A DNA stretch of 64,000 bases from NCBI GenBank assembly GCA_011050525.1, contig DRFO01000015.1:8112-72111 (forward strand). The letters are read 5' to 3'. The number at the start of each line of letters is the position of its first letter. Position 1 is the stretch's first letter. Shown one piece after another: positions 62,598 through 64,000 of this stretch. This DNA comes from Halopseudomonas xinjiangensis. Its GTDB lineage: Bacteria > Pseudomonadota > Gammaproteobacteria > Pseudomonadales > Pseudomonadaceae. The position numbers and the translations under genes were made by a program. The notes under the pieces are model-generated. The model was not told the origin of the DNA. It saw only the letters and a program-made list of their open reading frames with translations, and did not search any database.

Positions 62598-63298
62598 TTC
62601 CCTTCGAATCACCGCTCACCTGTGGTGTGCTGATCAAGCGATACAAGCGTTTCCTTGTAGACGTGTTGCTGGAGGATGGGCGTGAAATCACACTTCACTG
62701 CCCCAATACAGGCTCGATGAAAAACTGTGGTGAGCCCGGATGCCGGGTCTGGGTGCGCATGGTCGACAAGCCGGGGCGGACGCTGCCCGGCACCTGGGAG
62801 TTGGTGGAAACGGCTCCGGACGAAATCGCCTGCATACACAGCTCCCGGGCGAATAAGGTAATAGGCGCTGCATTGGCGGTGGGTGCTATCGCGCAGTTAT
62901 CCGGCTTCACAACTATTCGGCCCGAGGTCACGCTGACGCAAGGCGGTAGCCGCTTTGATTTTCTGTTGAGCGATCCGGGTGAATGCGTTGTTGAGGTAAA
63001 GAGCGTTACCCTGGCCCTGGGCGAGGGGACGGGTGCCTTTCCGGACGCTGTCAGTTTGCGCGCGCGTAAACACCTGAATGAACTGATCACCGTAGCGGAA
63101 AACGGACGGCGAGCCTGCCTGTTATTTTGCGTGATGCACAGCGGCATCAGGCGCGTCAGACCTGCAGACGAAATTGACCCTGTGTATGGGCAATTGTTGC
63201 GCGAATCTGCAAAGCGAGGTGTTGAGTTAATAGCCTGGGGCGTGGTGCCCTCACCGGCAGGTTTGCGCTGGGGAGTAGAGCTACCGGTATTGTTGTGA
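62591..63298 (+). CDS. sfsA: Sugar fermentation stimulation protein SfsA
   Basis: The ATG at 62591 overlaps the aminotransferase stop (ATGCTGA) and gives MLIPFESPLTCGVLIKRYKRFLVDV...HCPNTGSM. Confidence 0.9.
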   Translation: MLIPFESPLTCGVLIKRYKRFLVDVLLEDGREITLHCPNTGSMKNCGEPGCRVWVRMVDKPGRTLPGTWELVETAPDEIACIHSSRANKVIGAALAVGAIAQLSGFTTIRPEVTLTQGGSRFDFLLSDPGECVVEVKSVTLALGEGTGAFPDAVSLRARKHLNELITVAENGRRACLLFCVMHSGIRRVRPADEIDPVYGQLLRESAKRGVELIAWGVVPSPAGLRWGVELPVLL

Positions 63299-63306
63299 GA
63301 ACTGGA

Positions 63307-63648
63307 TCAGTCCAGCCAGACTTGACCGTTGCCTACTGTACATTTGCGCTGCTTGAGATAGGCACCAGCGCAGGGACCGGCCACGCATTCACCCGTTTCG
63401 GGCAGGAACAGGGCGCCATGAGTGGCGCACTGGATCAGCCGGTTGGAGCTATCGAGAAACTGGTCAGGGACCCACTCCAGGGGAATTCCGCGGTGGGGAC
63501 AGCGGTTTTCGTAAACAAATACCCGATGTCCCTGACGCACTGCGAGGAGTGTCTGGCCCTTATAGAGGAAGCCTTTGCTGCCTGGGTCGGCAAGGTCGTC
63601 CAGCCGACAGAGCGGGGCGTTGAGATAATCATCAAGGTCATCATTCAT
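63307..63648 (-). CDS. Small Rieske [2Fe-2S] domain protein
   Basis: The ATG at 63648 lies 10 nt after GGGGA and gives 113 aa with the Rieske motifs CPHRG and CATHG. Confidence 0.75.
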   Translation of the reverse strand: MNDDLDDYLNAPLCRLDDLADPGSKGFLYKGQTLLAVRQGHRVFVYENRCPHRGIPLEWVPDQFLDSSNRLIQCATHGALFLPETGECVAGPCAGAYLKQRKCTVGNGQVWLD

Positions 63649-63765
63649 GTTGCGATTATCCCCAGCGGCGCCGAGTAAAGCCATACCCGATCGAGTGATG
63701 GAGCGGCCTATGGCAGCGCTTTCAAGTAAGCTGAAGGCGGTCATGAATTTAAAGGAAAGAATTTG

Positions 63766-64000
63766 ATGGGTTCTGCACGCCGACTGAGCGCGGTTATCAT
63801 GACCTTGTTGCTGCTTCTCCTGGTGGCAGGGGTGCTGTTGTCGCTCGCCCTGGGTGCCGTCGCGATTCCCTTGGGCGAAATTGTACAGGCTTTGGTCGGC
63901 ATTCTCTGGCCGTCTGACGCCGAGGGCGGAGGCAGTCTTATCATTGAGCATATCCGCCTGCCTCGAACGCTTATGGGGGTGCTGGTCGGGGCGACTCTTG
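63766..64000 (+). CDS. FecCD-family ABC permease (iron-siderophore/cobalamin type), truncated at the 3' end by the window; not in the ORF track
   Basis: My hand translation from the ATG at 63766 (after AAAGGAAAG) is MGSARRLSAVIMTLLLLLLVAGVLLSLALGAVAIPLGEIVQALVG...IIEHIRLPRTLMGVLVGATL, a typical FecCD/BtuC N-terminus. Confidence 0.75.
   Translation, partial: MGSARRLSAVIMTLLLLLLVAGVLLSLALGAVAIPLGEIVQALVGILWPSDAEGGGSLIIEHIRLPRTLMGVLVGATL

Overview
64-kb chromosomal window from a Pseudomonas-lineage gammaproteobacterium. The lineage call rests on the cbrX-cbrA-cbrB-crcZ-pcnB-folK-panB-panC arrangement, and on gene order that, from memory, matches the P. aeruginosa PA4720-PA4768 region. All calls come from reading the ORF track and the raw sequence; no searches or structure predictions were run.

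Most of the window is conserved housekeeping backbone:
- smpB/ssrA, ratA-rnfH, bamE, fur, recN
- grpE-dnaK-dnaJ, dapB, carAB, greA, yhbY, rlmE-ftsH-folP-glmM, tpiA-secG
- tRNA-Leu, tRNA-fMet-rimP-nusA-infB-rbfA-truB, rpsO-pnp
- thiolase, acs, panCB, folK, pcnB, cbrAB, gluQ, dksA, an aminotransferase, sfsA

Non-backbone content:
1. The right end of a genomic island at the 3' end of ssrA. It carries a P4-type integrase, and its visible cargo is a Cu P-type ATPase.
2. A secreted protein of unknown function between dapB and carA.
3. A 466-nt repeat array that enlarges the truB-rpsO spacer.
4. A variable segment of about 11 kb between pnp and the thiolase. It holds the two most interesting candidates: an eRF1/Pelota-like (baeRF-type) protein next to an RsuA-like pseudouridine synthase, and a cassette of a heme-oxygenase-like diiron enzyme, an NPPY methyltransferase and a YiiM-type MOSC protein.
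5. An unlisted CrcZ-type sRNA with a sigma54 promoter and GTTAC/GTAAC half-sites, and an unlisted 58-codon ORF overlapping the cbrA start.

No CRISPR array, rRNA gene or IS element was seen.
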